A stretch of DNA of 64,000 nt, taken from the NCBI GenBank assembly GCA_958009085.1, contig OY253681.1, positions 620,001 to 684,000 on the forward strand. The letters are read 5' to 3'. Each line of letters begins with the position of its first letter. Position 1 is the first letter of the stretch. This document shows, piece by piece, positions 25,501-37,358 of the stretch. The notes beneath the pieces were generated by a model. The model was not told the DNA's origin and ran no database searches. It saw nothing but the letters and a program-made list of their open reading frames with translations. The DNA is from Protoeuglena noctilucae (taxonomy: Eukaryota). The position numbers and the translations under genes were made by a program.

Positions 25501-27338
25501 GGGTAGCAATCCACATGGGGGCAGCAAGGGGAGGCGAGGGGAGAAGGAGAGACCATGGAAGGCAGAGCAAGCAACAGATCTAAGTCAGGTGTTTGTCAGG
25601 AGGCAGGCAAGCGAAGACTGCCCCACCTTGTTGAGCAGGCGCGGTACGATCTCCGGCAGGTGGGGCTGGACGGCGGCGAGGTCAGTCCCCTGTGCCTCTG
25701 CGTACGTGCTGAAGAACTCGCAGGCCTGGAGCGCCACGTCGGCGTCGGGGGTGGACAGGCAAGCGAGGATGAAGTCCATGATGCCTTTGAGATGGGGACG
25801 GAGGTGGTCCGCGCCCGTGGGGACTGCGGAGGAGCAGAGGCAGGGGTACAGGGTGGCAAATGGTCATTGGAAGACTTGGCATGAGTCAGCGGCGTACCGC
25901 TGACGTTCCGGTCCCGCAGTGTACAGCAGCTGCCAACGACAGAGCAGCATCAGCGGTGCCAGACTCCGCACGCACCCGTGAGCATGAACGCGAGGCCCTG
26001 ACACACGGCCCTGCGGACCCCGGGGCTCTCGTCCTGAGTCAGGTGGAAGAGGGACGACAGGAACCGCGGAAGCAGGGGCAGGTCCAGGCCCGTGACCGCC
26101 TGTGGGGATCGGAAAGGCGATGAGTGAAATGCCAGGAGAGCGGCAGGTACTTCCAACTGCCCACTCCCAAGGTGCATGGCCCGACAGAGGAGCGGAGGAA
26201 CACGGTCGTCGATGTCAGCCACCTCGGGCTCCCGCCCTCACCAGGGCATTGTACATCATGCGCAACGTCTCCAGCGCTTCCTCCCGAAGCTTCCCATCCA
26301 CTGCGGCCAAGGCACGCTCCCAATAGTCTCTGCCAGGCCCCGGCAGGATGCTCAGCGCACAGGCGAGTGAGGCCACGCTGGGCGAGGCACCTTGGCAGAC
26401 GACACGCAGGACCTCGTCGACCATCAGACGCGCGATCGTGTCCCCGCCGCCGTTCCCGGGGGTCACGAGCAGCGCCGCTGGGGCGTCCTCCGCCACGTTA
26501 TGCAGGGCCTGGAGGCTGCCGTCCTGCGCCGCGGCGTCCGGGCCGCGGACGCCTGCCACGAGGGCATCCGCGATGCCATCCCAGCCCTGCTGCGCGACAA
26601 ACGCAGGCAAGGCGGCGGCCGAGGCGCGCCGGAGGAAGCGCAGCGAGTGCCGGATCATGCCCGCCAAAGTCTCCTGCACCGTTGCCCGCGCCGCCTCCGA
26701 GAGCGTCGCGACCGTGTCAGGCGAACGCCACAGGAGATTCTTGAGAAGAATTGCGGATATCTGGCGAATCTCCGGCGCGCGGCCCTCGTCCTTGAGGATG
26801 TAGGCGCAGTAGGCACATGCTTCGGGGACAGCCGCAAAGCTCTCCAGCTGCTGGACCACCTGAGAGCGCGGCGAAGCAGTCGACGAGCTCAATAAACAGA
26901 AGCTTCGAAGATGGCCACCAACTTCGCCGCCATCGCGTCGCAGGGGTGAGCGAGACCCATGCCTGGCAGGGAGTGAGCAGCAGGCAGATCTGGTGGCAGC
27001 CGAGCGCAACAACGGATGAAACCAGGGTACCCTGGCATGTGCGGGATCGTCCCCCGCGGCATGGTGGCCGCCCGGCCCGGCATCTTCACCTCTCGCTGGT
27101 CAGCAGTCGGGTCCTGAGATCTCTGCAGGACGTCGAGCAGCGGCACCATCACATGGTCTGCAAGCAAGGAGAGATGCGATGTCGCCGATCAAATGCGATT
27201 GGAGCGCCCAGGGGCGCGGGAGACTGCAAATGGGGGCGCTTGGCCTGAAGGATGAGCAAGGGGCGGTGCAGGTGCTCCAAGGGCGCGCGGGGCGTCCACG
27301 GGTCACCCATCTTCAGCTATGATATCGGAAAGCTCCAT
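22561..27338 (-). CDS. TNPO1: Transportin-1 (importin beta-2), many exons
   Basis: IRQISAILLKN, VALQACEF, the acidic H8 loop followed by WSLRKAAAQALDLL, WKSKESATLALGAMA, RSITCWTLSR, DRNRRVQEAACSSLANLAE, DRGLLPLLEGL, SNNACWCLG, DNAAIALGR. Confidence 0.9.
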
Positions 27339-27758
27339 GCTGTCCACGAATGAAGAGCACCACGCGCACCTGAGGGCTGCCAAGACATCCTGCTCGCCGG
27401 GGGCCCGCCCGCCCCGCGCTCTCCGACCCAGCCGCAGGTAAAACCCGCTCCTGTCACCAGTGAGCAGCACTAGAGTCCTCGCGCGGTTGCCCACACCAGC
27501 GCTGCGCGCGAGTTCATGGCACGTTGCCACCGGAACCTAAGACACCACGCGCTCGCCAGGGGCAGGCACCGGTGACACGGGAGCTACAGTTGTGCGCTTC
27601 AACCAGCAGCAGCTTCCTGAGAAGACCGGAGCCGGGCCCAGCACACACGTATGTCAGAAAACAGGGGCTTGCACCCCGCTGGCCGGCGAGATCCGCACAC
27701 CATAGCGGACCGGGATGAGCGCAACTAAGCGACGCTACCGGCGGGACGCGTACTGGAC

Positions 27759-28609
27759 CTACTTGGCCTTCCCCTGGGCGGCTAGAGCCGCCTCGACCTC
27801 GCTGCGCCGCCGCTCCTCGACCAGGTGCTGCTGGTCGGCGCGAACCATCCAGTCGGGTGGCTCGGGGTACGGAGTGGTGCCCCATGCCTTCTGGCCCGTG
27901 CCCTTGAGGTAGAGGTCGTACAGAATCGAGCCAGCTGCAGGGAGGCGAGGTGCGGCGTCGTCACAGGTCCCTGAGCCAGCGTGCCTGGAAGCGCTCGGGT
28001 GCAGCTACTGAGCATTAGCGATCAGCAGGGGGGTCCTGCCAGGCTCACCCAAGTAAAGCATGGCCAGGTTGGTCGCCCCCCGCAGGCCCCGGAACCACCA
28101 GGATGCACGCTGCTTCGACTCCCGCTCCTTCTTCCAGTCCTCGGGCATGGCCTGCCCGAAGCGGAGCTGCAGATGGCCCAAAGTCGCAGAATCCTTTCAC
28201 TGAGGGAAGCGCCACCCCAAGCGCTGCCCCTGCGCCCTCGATACGCTTAGGCAGCCCTTCAGCCGCTTGCCTGGTTAGGAAGGCTCTTCTTTAAGTGCTC
28301 CTGGATCTGCCGCTCCTCCTCTAGCGAGGCGTTCGCATTCTGCCGCGCCTTCTCCGCGTCGTCCGAGCTGCGCGCATCAGACCGTGTTCGAGATACGACG
28401 CTGTATTATTGGCTGCATCCACTTCACACATCGAGGCGGCCGAGCGACCCTGCGGTCCGCAGCCATCACCTGAAGGGCCGCGTTCCACGGCGTCGAACCC
28501 ATGCTGCCTCTCCCTGCTCGGGAAGGCCCGCGCGGAGCCCCTCCCCCGCTCGTCCGAGCCCCCAAAACGCGCCGCCCTCCCGTGCCAGCCTCGCGGCCTG
28601 CCGCAACAT
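27759..28609 (-). CDS. Hypothetical small protein with an Arg-rich presequence and one hydrophobic segment (possibly mitochondrial), 4 exons
   Basis: MLRQAARLAREGG..TRPF|SVVSRTRSDARSSDDAEKARQNANASLEEERQIQEHLKKSLPNQ|LRFGQAMPEDWKKERESKQRASWWFRGLRGATNLAMLYL|GSILYDLYLKGTGQKAWGTTPYPEPPDW..AQGKAK*. All three junctions are phase-compatible. Confidence 0.6.
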
Positions 28610-28952
28610 CCTTCCCCTCCGCGCCACACACGCCGACGTGCCTCGCCCCGATCGCAGGCCCCTGGGCACCCCTCCAATCGCTGGTCAGGGGATTGCTTGG
28701 AGTCTTACAAAGTCGGCACGACGTCGCTGCCGGGGCGGGGAGAAGGCGCGGAGCAAAGGAATGGCTTTGGGCCCCAAAGGACGAGAATGAGCTCTGGCAG
28801 CAAACAAGTAGGCCTCCTGGTCCTCAGCATGCAACTACCTGATCTGTCATGGCCGACAAAAATCTTCTCTCTAGCCGGCTGCCTCTGCATCAGGTTAGGG
28901 CTCTGGCGCTGCAGCACAGCCTGCGTGCAGTCTGCAAGTGTGGTGCCCAGCC

Positions 28953-31634
28953 TCATCGGAAGGCGCTGGATGCCGACAGCCGCCACTGGCCGTCCCCCTG
29001 ATACTCCAGAACGTGCGTGTGGTGCTCCAGGAGCTGCGTGCGGTGGCCCACGCTGACGTAGGCCCCCACCGCAGAGCGCAGCTGCCTGCAAGGGACGAGT
29101 ACACCACGGTTTCCGCGCCGCCGCTGCCCAGGCCTGTGGCACCCCCGCCGGCTGTGCCCGCACCTGTACAGCGACGCTTCAGTCGCCATGTCCAGCGCCG
29201 ACGTCGCCTCGTCCAGCAGCGCCAGCCGCGGGCGGTGGAGCAGCAGCCGCGCGAACGCGACTCGCTGCTGCTCCCCTAGGCTCAGCACCGACGCCCAGTC
29301 TCGCTCGGACGACAGCCCCCCCTCACGCGACGCGAGGTACCCCAGGTGACATCGATCCAGCATCGCCTCCAAGTCCGCGTCGGTCGCGTCCAGCTCCGGG
29401 GCCTCCGCATGGATCACCACCCGCTCGTCCGTCAAGGGGGCGCCCGTGCGCACATCGAAGCCCAGTACACGGCCCAGCGCACGGCGCCACGGGGCCGGGG
29501 GAGGCCCCGAGGGCACTCCGCCCCACTTGACCCGGGACTGCGGGCCCACTTGGCTCGGGAAGACCAGCTGGTCCCGGAGCGTGCCCAGCGCCATGTAGGG
29601 CTTCTGGGGCAGGAAGAAGGGCTTGGGACAAGCCCGCACCTCGCCCAGGCCCTCCTCCCACAGCCCCGCCATGGCCCTGAGGAGGCTGGACTTGCCGCAG
29701 CCCGACATGCCCATGATCAGGAGCGAGTGGCGCTGCCGGAGGAGGAACTGCAGGTCGCGCGCGATGAGGCTCTGCCCGCCGGGGGTGCGCAGGAGCCGCA
29801 AGTCCACCTCGAGCAGAGCGTCGTCCAAAGAGGGGCTCGCAGACGCAGAGAGCTCCTCGGCAGGGACCGAGATGAGGCGGTGGTCGACCTTGGGCGGGAG
29901 CTCGCCCGACGGCGTGCGCGAGAGGGAAGAGGGGTCGTCCAGCGCCGCCAGCAGAGCCATCAGACGCTGCGAGGCACGGGCAGGCTCTGGGTGTTTGCCA
30001 CCGTGACATGAGCCAGGACGGTACTGCTATCCTGTTAGCTGCATTCTTGGCAAGTGGCACACGGAGTGGCGACACAGCGAGCGTCTCACCTGCGTTTCGG
30101 CTGCCAGGCCGGACAGAGAGGAGAACTGCTGCACGATGGTGCCCAGCGCGCGTTCCAGCACGGAGAAGGCGTAGGAGGCCTGGGAGATGGCCCCAAAGGT
30201 GATGACGCCGGCAAAATACCGCGGGGCGAGCACTGTGAGAGGCTCATGATCACGGGGTGGTTGTGTGGGTCGTGCTCACGGGTGTGGAAGCATGGCAGCT
30301 GCAGACACTCGCAGTCGCATGCGCATGCGCTGAGGCACCCCTCCACGCACCCATCGGTGGGATGATGTACGTCGAGTACATGTAGTACATGTACTCCCTC
30401 CACAGGTTGAGACCGAGCTGCCAGACCAGGTAGTGGGAACTGACGGCCAGGAGGGACGCAAGCCGCTCCCACGCGTTCTTCCCCTCTGAGGCCTCCCCAC
30501 TGCGTGTTAGGGACGCGCCGGGTGTGGGTGGCCTCGGCTCTCACGTTGCAAACATCGATAGAGCCCACGAGCACAGAGAACAAGCGGACTCGCCTGTAGA
30601 ACGCCACCGACTCGGCGTTTTCCCGGACGCGCACCAGCGAGTACCGGAAATCTCCCTCGCGCTTCACCACGGTCCAGAAAAGGGCCATGAGGGGCCGGCC
30701 GTACACGACCGTCGTGAACCAAGTGCCCAGCAGTGCGAAGCCCATCAAGCAGTAGACGAGGAAGGGCGAGGCCGACCACAGGACGGAGATGAAGGCCACT
30801 GCGCAGGGACGAGTGATGGTCCACGCCCATGCTCGCTGCGTCTCTGACGTATCCCAGCACACGTTCCAAATGCATGCTCCACCCCTGGCATGATGCGCAG
30901 CGAACGGCGCCTGCACCGACCTGAGTTGGAGACGTTGCGGATGACCACCAGGCAGACCGTCACAGACGTCTCAGTGAAGCTCTTGATATCATTGCAGATG
31001 CGCTGGTCGGGGTTGTCCAGCCCAGGCTGCACCATGCCGCTTTGCTCATTTGGCACGGCCCTCTCCCCGTCAACCCTCCGCCCCGCGTCCATGTGCGCCG
31101 CATGGGCCGACTCGGCGCTGCCCGCCAGGCTCAGCCGGAAGAAGGCCTTGCCGCTGAAGTACTTGGCCAGCGCCTTCTCCGTCATATACCGGCGCCACTC
31201 GAGCGAGAAACGGTCCTCCAGGTACCGGTTGAGGGCGAAGAGGGGCGAGCTGCCGAGGACGAGCAGCAGGAACTGCCACAGCGCCGCCCTGAACCGCGCA
31301 TCGTCCTTGTCAATGAGCGAGTTGGACACCTCCTGCGGGGGGAGGGGAGGGGTGACGGCGATGGGTGCATGGAGGAGTAGCCAAGGATGATTATGAGTGA
31401 CAGCCACACACCCACAGCCACACCTACCTTCTGGATGCTGGAGAACCAGACGAGGAGCCACGACGTCACGAAGCTCCCGAGCACCGTGATGCCCGCGAGG
31501 ACCCATGCTTGCGTGGTCCTCTCGCCCGTGAAGTAGTGCCGTGCGACCTTCGCCCAGGCCACGGCCAGGGCCCTGAACGTGACCGGGACCGGCGCAACAG
31601 GCTTTGGCTTCATGGTGTGCACACTTATGAGCAT
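28953..31634 (-). CDS. ABC transporter subfamily D half-transporter (plant ABCD2 / YddA-like); start uncertain
   Basis: LDNPDQRICNDIKSFT, EAA motif KREGDFRYSLVRVRENAESVAFY, LAPRYFAGVITFGAISQ, Walker A GMSGCGKSS, FLPQKPY, signature LSLGEQQRVAFARLL, Walker B LDEATSALD, SVGHR. Confidence 0.92.
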
Positions 31635-31967
31635 CGCGTTGCCATCCGCCCGATGTGGTTGGCGCACGTGACTGCTGATGAGGTGCAGAACTCACGGTTC
31701 TTCGTGCCTTTGAACGTCCGGGCACGAACCCACGGCCGGTTTCTGACTGACCGAGTTCCTGCGCAAGGCGAGAGGGGGTGGCGTGAAAGGGGAGTGTTGC
31801 CGTCTTTCCTCGGCATATCTTGTAGTCGACAGCAATATGCTGAATCGGCCATCAGCTGCTTGAGGCTTCAAATCTTCTTTTCCAAGCCCGGCAAAACCAA
31901 GCAGCGCGTGCTCGCCCGGCACAAGCCCTGTTGCACCAAAGCCATGGTGCAGAGCTGCTCCTCCGGG

Positions 31968-32987
31968 ATGGAGGACGACGAATGGATGAGCGGGGGACAC
32001 TGCCGGGCTGCTCACGGGACACGTTCAGGTGTGCCGCCCGTCCTGAGCCGGTCCCCGGCCTGCAGTACCCGCTCTGGAGCCGATTTGAGGCTCTCCTTTT
32101 GCTCAGCCAGCTTCGGGTCCCAGCGTGCGTCGCGCTCGCGTGCTCACGTTCAAAAAAAGTGCAACGGGCCCGCAGACGACGAGGAGATGCTCGTGGAAGT
32201 GGGCAACACCGTGCTGTCGAGCGCCAGGCGGCAAGCGGGGATGCATCACGCCATCGGCGGCCCCGACGCAGGCGCGCAGTGGGGAGCTCCGAGGCGCCAA
32301 GGCAATTTCGAGGTGCGCGGCAATGTTAGCCCCGTCGCGCTCACGATGCGGCAGAGTGTTCGTCAACACAGGTCCTGACGAGCCTCTCCTTCCGTTTGGC
32401 CCGCAGATGCCGCACAGGGGCGCCGTGCAGCGGCTGGCCCCGTCCGGCAGCCAGCGCGCCAAGCTGGGTTCCTTCTGGGCGGGCGCGCCCGCATGGGGCT
32501 GCGCGGAGAGTCCAGATGTATCGCGCGAGCTGCGGGCGGGGTCCGCGTGCGCCAAATCGCCGCGCCGCAGGAAGCGAGGCGCCGAGGCGGCTGGGATGCC
32601 CGAGCACGTGCACCTGCTGCCGACCCTGAAGCGCAGCAGCGCGCGAATGGGAGCACGGAACACGCGGGAGCTGCTGCTGAGGCGAGGCAGGCCGCGGCGG
32701 TCGTGGCGGCGCCGGACGGGATGGCTGGGAGCTCAGGGTGGCACCTCCCCGTGGCACGCAGGAGCTCGACGTACGGCGCGTCGGCGATGCAGCTGCACAC
32801 GTATCAGGGCGCTCAGATACTCCGCAAGACGTGCGGGCGCGCCTGCCACGACCACGCGACGCCCAGCGAGGGGCGCCCCGGCCTCTTCCGCGTCTCCTTA
32901 GTGGAGGACCCGAACTGCTTCGCTCGAAGGGGAGCGAACGAGGCGTGCTTGGATCCGAACGGGCCCAAGGCGCCCTGGGAGACCTGA
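31968..32987 (+). CDS. Possible hypothetical protein; exon structure unresolved
   Basis: A plausible in-phase splice gives MEDDEWMSGG..TRS|DDEEMLVEVGNTVLSSARRQ..GNFE|MPHRGAVQRL... No recognisable domain, and the 3' frame is ambiguous. Confidence 0.3.
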
Positions 32988-33123
32988 GCCTGGTGGTGCG
33001 TCGTTGTTGTGGGGTGCCAAGACTGCCTGTGGCTTCATGCAATGCCGTTCATGATGAGGAGCCGCTTTCAAACGCAAGTGAGCTAACGGTCTCATTTTTG
33101 TTTTTGGGATGCCGTTTTGTCTT

Positions 33124-34857
33124 TCACATCTTGGCCATCTCGTCCGCGCGGTTGGCGGCACCGAGGACGGCGTTGATGAAGGCAGCGCGCACGCCCGCCT
33201 TCTCCAGCTCGTGCACCCCCGCGATGGTGGTGCCGCCTGCGAGGAGTCGAGCGTGCCGATGTAAGGCTGGCGGCCCTGCTGCTTCCTTGAAGGGTGGATA
33301 GTGCAATAGGTTGCAGCGCCAAAAGCTCATAGCAAGTTGCAAACCTCGGCTCGCCCGGATATTGGACCGCCACCGCGCGAGTCACCGGGGGATGTGACGG
33401 CGTCCTTGAGCGCACCGGGGTGCTTGCCCGTCTCCAACACCATCTTTGCCGACCCCAGCACTGCACGCAGGGTCGAGAGCACGGTCGGTGCTGGCCCTCG
33501 GCTGCTTGAGTCGACAGCTCGCGAGGGCGGCACGGCCCAGTCGGGCGCCCGCACCTGTCTGCGCGGCCAGCTGCAGCGCAACGTCCCTGGGAAGCCCCGC
33601 GCGCACCCCGCCGTCCGAAAGGGCCTGCAAGCAGGACGCTTGGGACCCCCTTCCCGCATTGGAGAAGACCATACAAACCATCAAGCACGCTCCTGCGGCG
33701 GCCTGCGGTGGACCCACCGGCAGAGAGCTGCGCGGCGTGCATGCCTCACCTCGATCATGATGAAGATGTACGCAGGGCCCGACCCCGACAGCCCCGTGAC
33801 CGCAGATAGCAGGTTCTCCGTGCAGGTGAAGATCTTGCCCACGGAGCCCATGAGCGTCCGCACGTCGGACTCGTCCTGGGTCGACGCATTCTTTCCCAGG
33901 CACATGGCTGCCGCAGCCTCGCCGACCAGGCAGGGGGTGTTGGGCATGACGCGGATCACCTTGGCAAAGTCCTGAGGGGAAAAGCCAGGGCCGGCTCGGT
34001 CAGCCCATGGCACGGCCGGCGCCCCGCCGCGCCCCTCGGTGCGCCGACAAACAGGTGTCACCTGCTTGCATGCGCTCTGCAGGGTGTCGATGGAGACGCC
34101 CGCTGCGATGGACACAATCAGGGACTGCGGCGTGAGCACGCCTGAGATCTCGTTCAGCACCACCGACACGTACTGCGGCTTCACGGCGATGAAGATGATG
34201 TCTGCGGGGGGAGGACGCGGCAGCCATGAGCGCGGCGCCGGCACGCATGCGCTCCAGGTGCCCTCGACGACCCAGCGCTCACCGCTGGACTTGGCCAGGT
34301 CGACGTTGCTCTCGGCGACCTGCGGGGAGGACGCGGAGGGCCGTCGCGCGGAGTTGGACCCGATCCCCGCCATGCAACGAATGCTGCAAATGTCAAAATC
34401 GTCTCGCCTTGACCCCGAAGGACTGGAAAACCTTCTTGCGCTCCTGGGAGGGGTCCGTGCAGAGCCTGCATCAAACGGACCGCGGGCTGCCTCGGAACCC
34501 GGCGCGCCAGCGCGATCTGTCATGTGGCTGTTCCACGATATGTATGCGAACCCTGATCGGCCACCGCCCCGCGTGGAGACCGTCTCGGACGCGCGGGACG
34601 GGGGGTACAAGGCGGAGGGCCGGAGCAGGGCAGGGCGCAAAGAGTGTACTAAAATCTCGCACGGCTCCGCGATGCCTCTAAAGATCGCGTTCATAGGCTC
34701 CCGAGCCCGCCACCCGAGCCGCGGGCCGTGCACAGCCATCGGCGGCGGGCCCTCCTCACATGTTCTCCGGCTGGCTGACTCCCTTGGAGATGAAGCCCTT
34801 TGCGAGGGCCTCAGCCATCTGGCCCGCGCCGATGAAACCGATCCGCTTGGGCAGCAT
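33124..34857 (-). CDS. P5CR: Pyrroline-5-carboxylate reductase, multi-exon
   Basis: IGFIGAGQMAEAL, DIIFIAVKPQ, IVSIAAGV, RVMPNTP, VTGLSGSGPAY, ALSDGGVRAGLPR, HPGALKDAVTSP|GGTTIAGVHELE. Confidence 0.96.
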
Positions 34858-35158
34858 CGTGAAGATCTCTTTTCGCGCAGTGGTGAACTCGTCGCCGTGG
34901 TACTGATGGACAAGGGGGGAGAACAAAGGGTTTTTCGGGGATCCTTGATGGAAGGCAGTGCTCAGACGCTGCGATATGCCGCTGCGTACCCGCTGGGCCC
35001 ATCGTTTGACGATGGGCCTGGTCTGCCTGGGGCTTCTCTGGCGGGGAGGTTTTTCAGGGCCGGCCCCCACGTGTGCGCTTGATGGATCCCTGCAGCGGAC
35101 ACCAGACATAGCGCAGCGTCAACTTTCCCTCGAACTCGACTGCATTAGCTATCGACAA

Positions 35159-35979
35159 ATGCTCTTGCAGCTTCCCTCCCGCCCGGCCTCCATCCTCAGC
35201 TCGAGGCGATCCGTCGTGACGAGGGCGATGAGTTCCTTCTACGATCTCAGCGCAAATGACATCTCCGGTGAGTGCCGATCTCCGCGACTCCCAGAAGCGG
35301 AGCGTCTCCGCGCACACATCGATTGGTGTTGGCGCACCCGGAGATATCTTAGCGCACCGACCTTAATTTCTGCAGGGAAGCCGATGAACTTCTCGGACCT
35401 GAAGGGCAAGGTGGTCCTGATCACGAACGTGGCGTCCGCATGCGGTTACACGGACAGGAATTACAAGGACCTCGTCGCGCTGTACGAGGCCAACAAGGAC
35501 AAGGGCCTCGTGGTCATGGGCTTCCCGTGCAACCAGTTCGGGGCGCAGGAGTGAGATACTTTGCCGCGTTGCCGCAGACGGCCAAGCCCCGCGGTGCCCA
35601 CATCGCCCGGTCTTCGCTCTGTCGCGCAGGAGCGGCAGCCCGGACGAGATCAAGCAGTTCTGCGAAACAAAGTACCGTGTGACCTTCCCAATTATGGAGA
35701 AAGTGGACGTTAATGGGCCTCGGACGAGCCCTGTCTATTCCTGGCTAAAGGCCGCGTCCGGGAACTCCGCCGACGTGCGGTGGAACTTCGCGACCAAGGC
35801 GAGCCCGATACTGCGTGCTGGGTGACGATGCCATGTGGCGTCGCGAGTTTCGACGCTTTCTATGACCATCATTCGTGCCCCACACCGCGCAGTTCATCGT
35901 GAGCAAGGACGGCAAGGTGGAGCGCATCGACGACGGGCAGGTGGGCTCCTCGGCGGCCAGGGTGGCTGCCCTGCTGTGA
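35159..35979 (+). CDS. GPX: Glutathione peroxidase (Cys-type, PHGPX-like); possible transit peptide from ATG 35159, mature-like start at 35228
   Basis: KGKVVLITNVASACGYT (TGC = Cys), GFPCNQFGAQE, FPIMEKVDVNG, VRWNFATK|FIVSKDGKV. Confidence 0.95.
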
Positions 35980-36017
35980 GCGAGCCAGCAACGCGACTGC
36001 CACCAGCTGATTCATCC

Positions 36018-36973
36018 CTATGCGCCGATGCGACCCTTGGTGAGGACCTTGGCGTCAGCTGCCGTGTCGGGGTCGTAGAAGAGCCTCGTGGTGGACATGC
36101 TGGCCGACTTGTCCTCAATTTCCTTGAACGCCTCCCTGGCTTGGGTCGCCCGCGTCGGGCTGCGAGCAAGGCGCGGTCAGCTTCCGCTTCCACCATGTCG
36201 GCGGCCCTGGAGAGGCTGCCCGGCAACGCTTTACGCTCGGCCACAGCGCACCTGTGCGGGGCCGCGTAAGTCCGATGCCGGTATGTGTCTACCAACTCCT
36301 GGACCACGAGCTCTGTGGGGGCGACAAAAGAGACGAGAAGGGGTGCTTAGAGAGGAAAGACCAACGCGTGCGGCCTTCTGGGATCCATGGCTCACGAGCG
36401 GCAACGGGTCTCGCCTTTTACGGCCGTGGGTTTGCCGGCCGCGTACGTGTTGATCGTCCGCTTGTATGGGGTGGGCTCCGCGAAGGCCAGCTGCGTCATC
36501 GACAGGTAGTGGTCGTGCATGGTGTTGGGCGCAGACATGTGCACGGGGAGAATGCTGTCGCGAGCTGCCCCTGTAGCACGGTGCTTGACCTCGCGGCGGA
36601 GCTGGTGCTGGTGCGACGCCGCTGCCGTCTCGGTTGGCCCAGGAGCCCTGCGTGCGCGGCTAGTGCGTTTATTCCGTCCAAAATGCAGCGATGGAGGGCC
36701 GCGTCTCGTCTCATCTCGGTCATGCGTCACACGGACGCGCACATCACGCGGCATGTCCCACCTGTACGTCGCGGCTGTCGTCGTGCTGGCCTGGAAAGGA
36801 ACATCCATGTCCAGGAAAGCTTTGCCGCGTTTGAATACTGGCTGCGGGCGCTCCAGGGTCGCGTCCTCGACCCAGTTCGCGATGCAGACCGACGAGCTGT
36901 AGCGGTTCTTGTGCCCGCTGAGGCCTATGCCCCCGGCACCCAGCGAGAGGTAGTCTTGGTACAGGTTCGCCAT
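36018..36973 (-). CDS. Second GNW-type protein (ANW), probable flagellar microtubule inner protein of the CFAP68/CFAP107 type, multi-exon
   Basis: MANLYQDYLSLGAGGIGLSGHKNRYSSSVCIANWVED..STTTAATYR..HYLSMTQLAF..SMSTTRLFYDP..GRIGA*. It has repeated T-T-x-x-x-[YF] motifs like those of tubulin-lattice-binding proteins. Confidence 0.65.
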
Positions 36974-37358
36974 GGGTGCGCTGCTACAAAGGCCGATACA
37001 AGGGGAGCAGTCTTTATTGCCATGCCATGGGATGGAGCGGAGGGGTGGGACGAAGAAGTTCTCAAGCGCGCAACGCTGCCTGTTCACCGGGTCTTCCGGA
37101 AGCAAACGTGAGGATGCGGGGGGGCGCCTCAGGGCGGTGGCACATCGCTGACAGTGACACAGCTCGGCGTGTGCCAGGGCCCTCCTGGAGCGCCCGCCCT
37201 GCTGAAATTGATCCACTCCTTTCTGCCAGCACCGCTGCTGCGTAGGAATTCGCCATTTTACCTTCCTCGTTGCCCAGGCGTCTCGGGATGGAAGGGATGC
37301 CATGCGGTTTCCTGCCTCATGACGGCAGTCGCAACTCGTAGCCGCTGACTCATCAGAC

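Noticed and set aside
35430..35450. Selenocysteine in GPX
   Set aside because: The catalytic codon is TGC (Cys). The TGA at 35552 is part of the intron donor GTGAGA.
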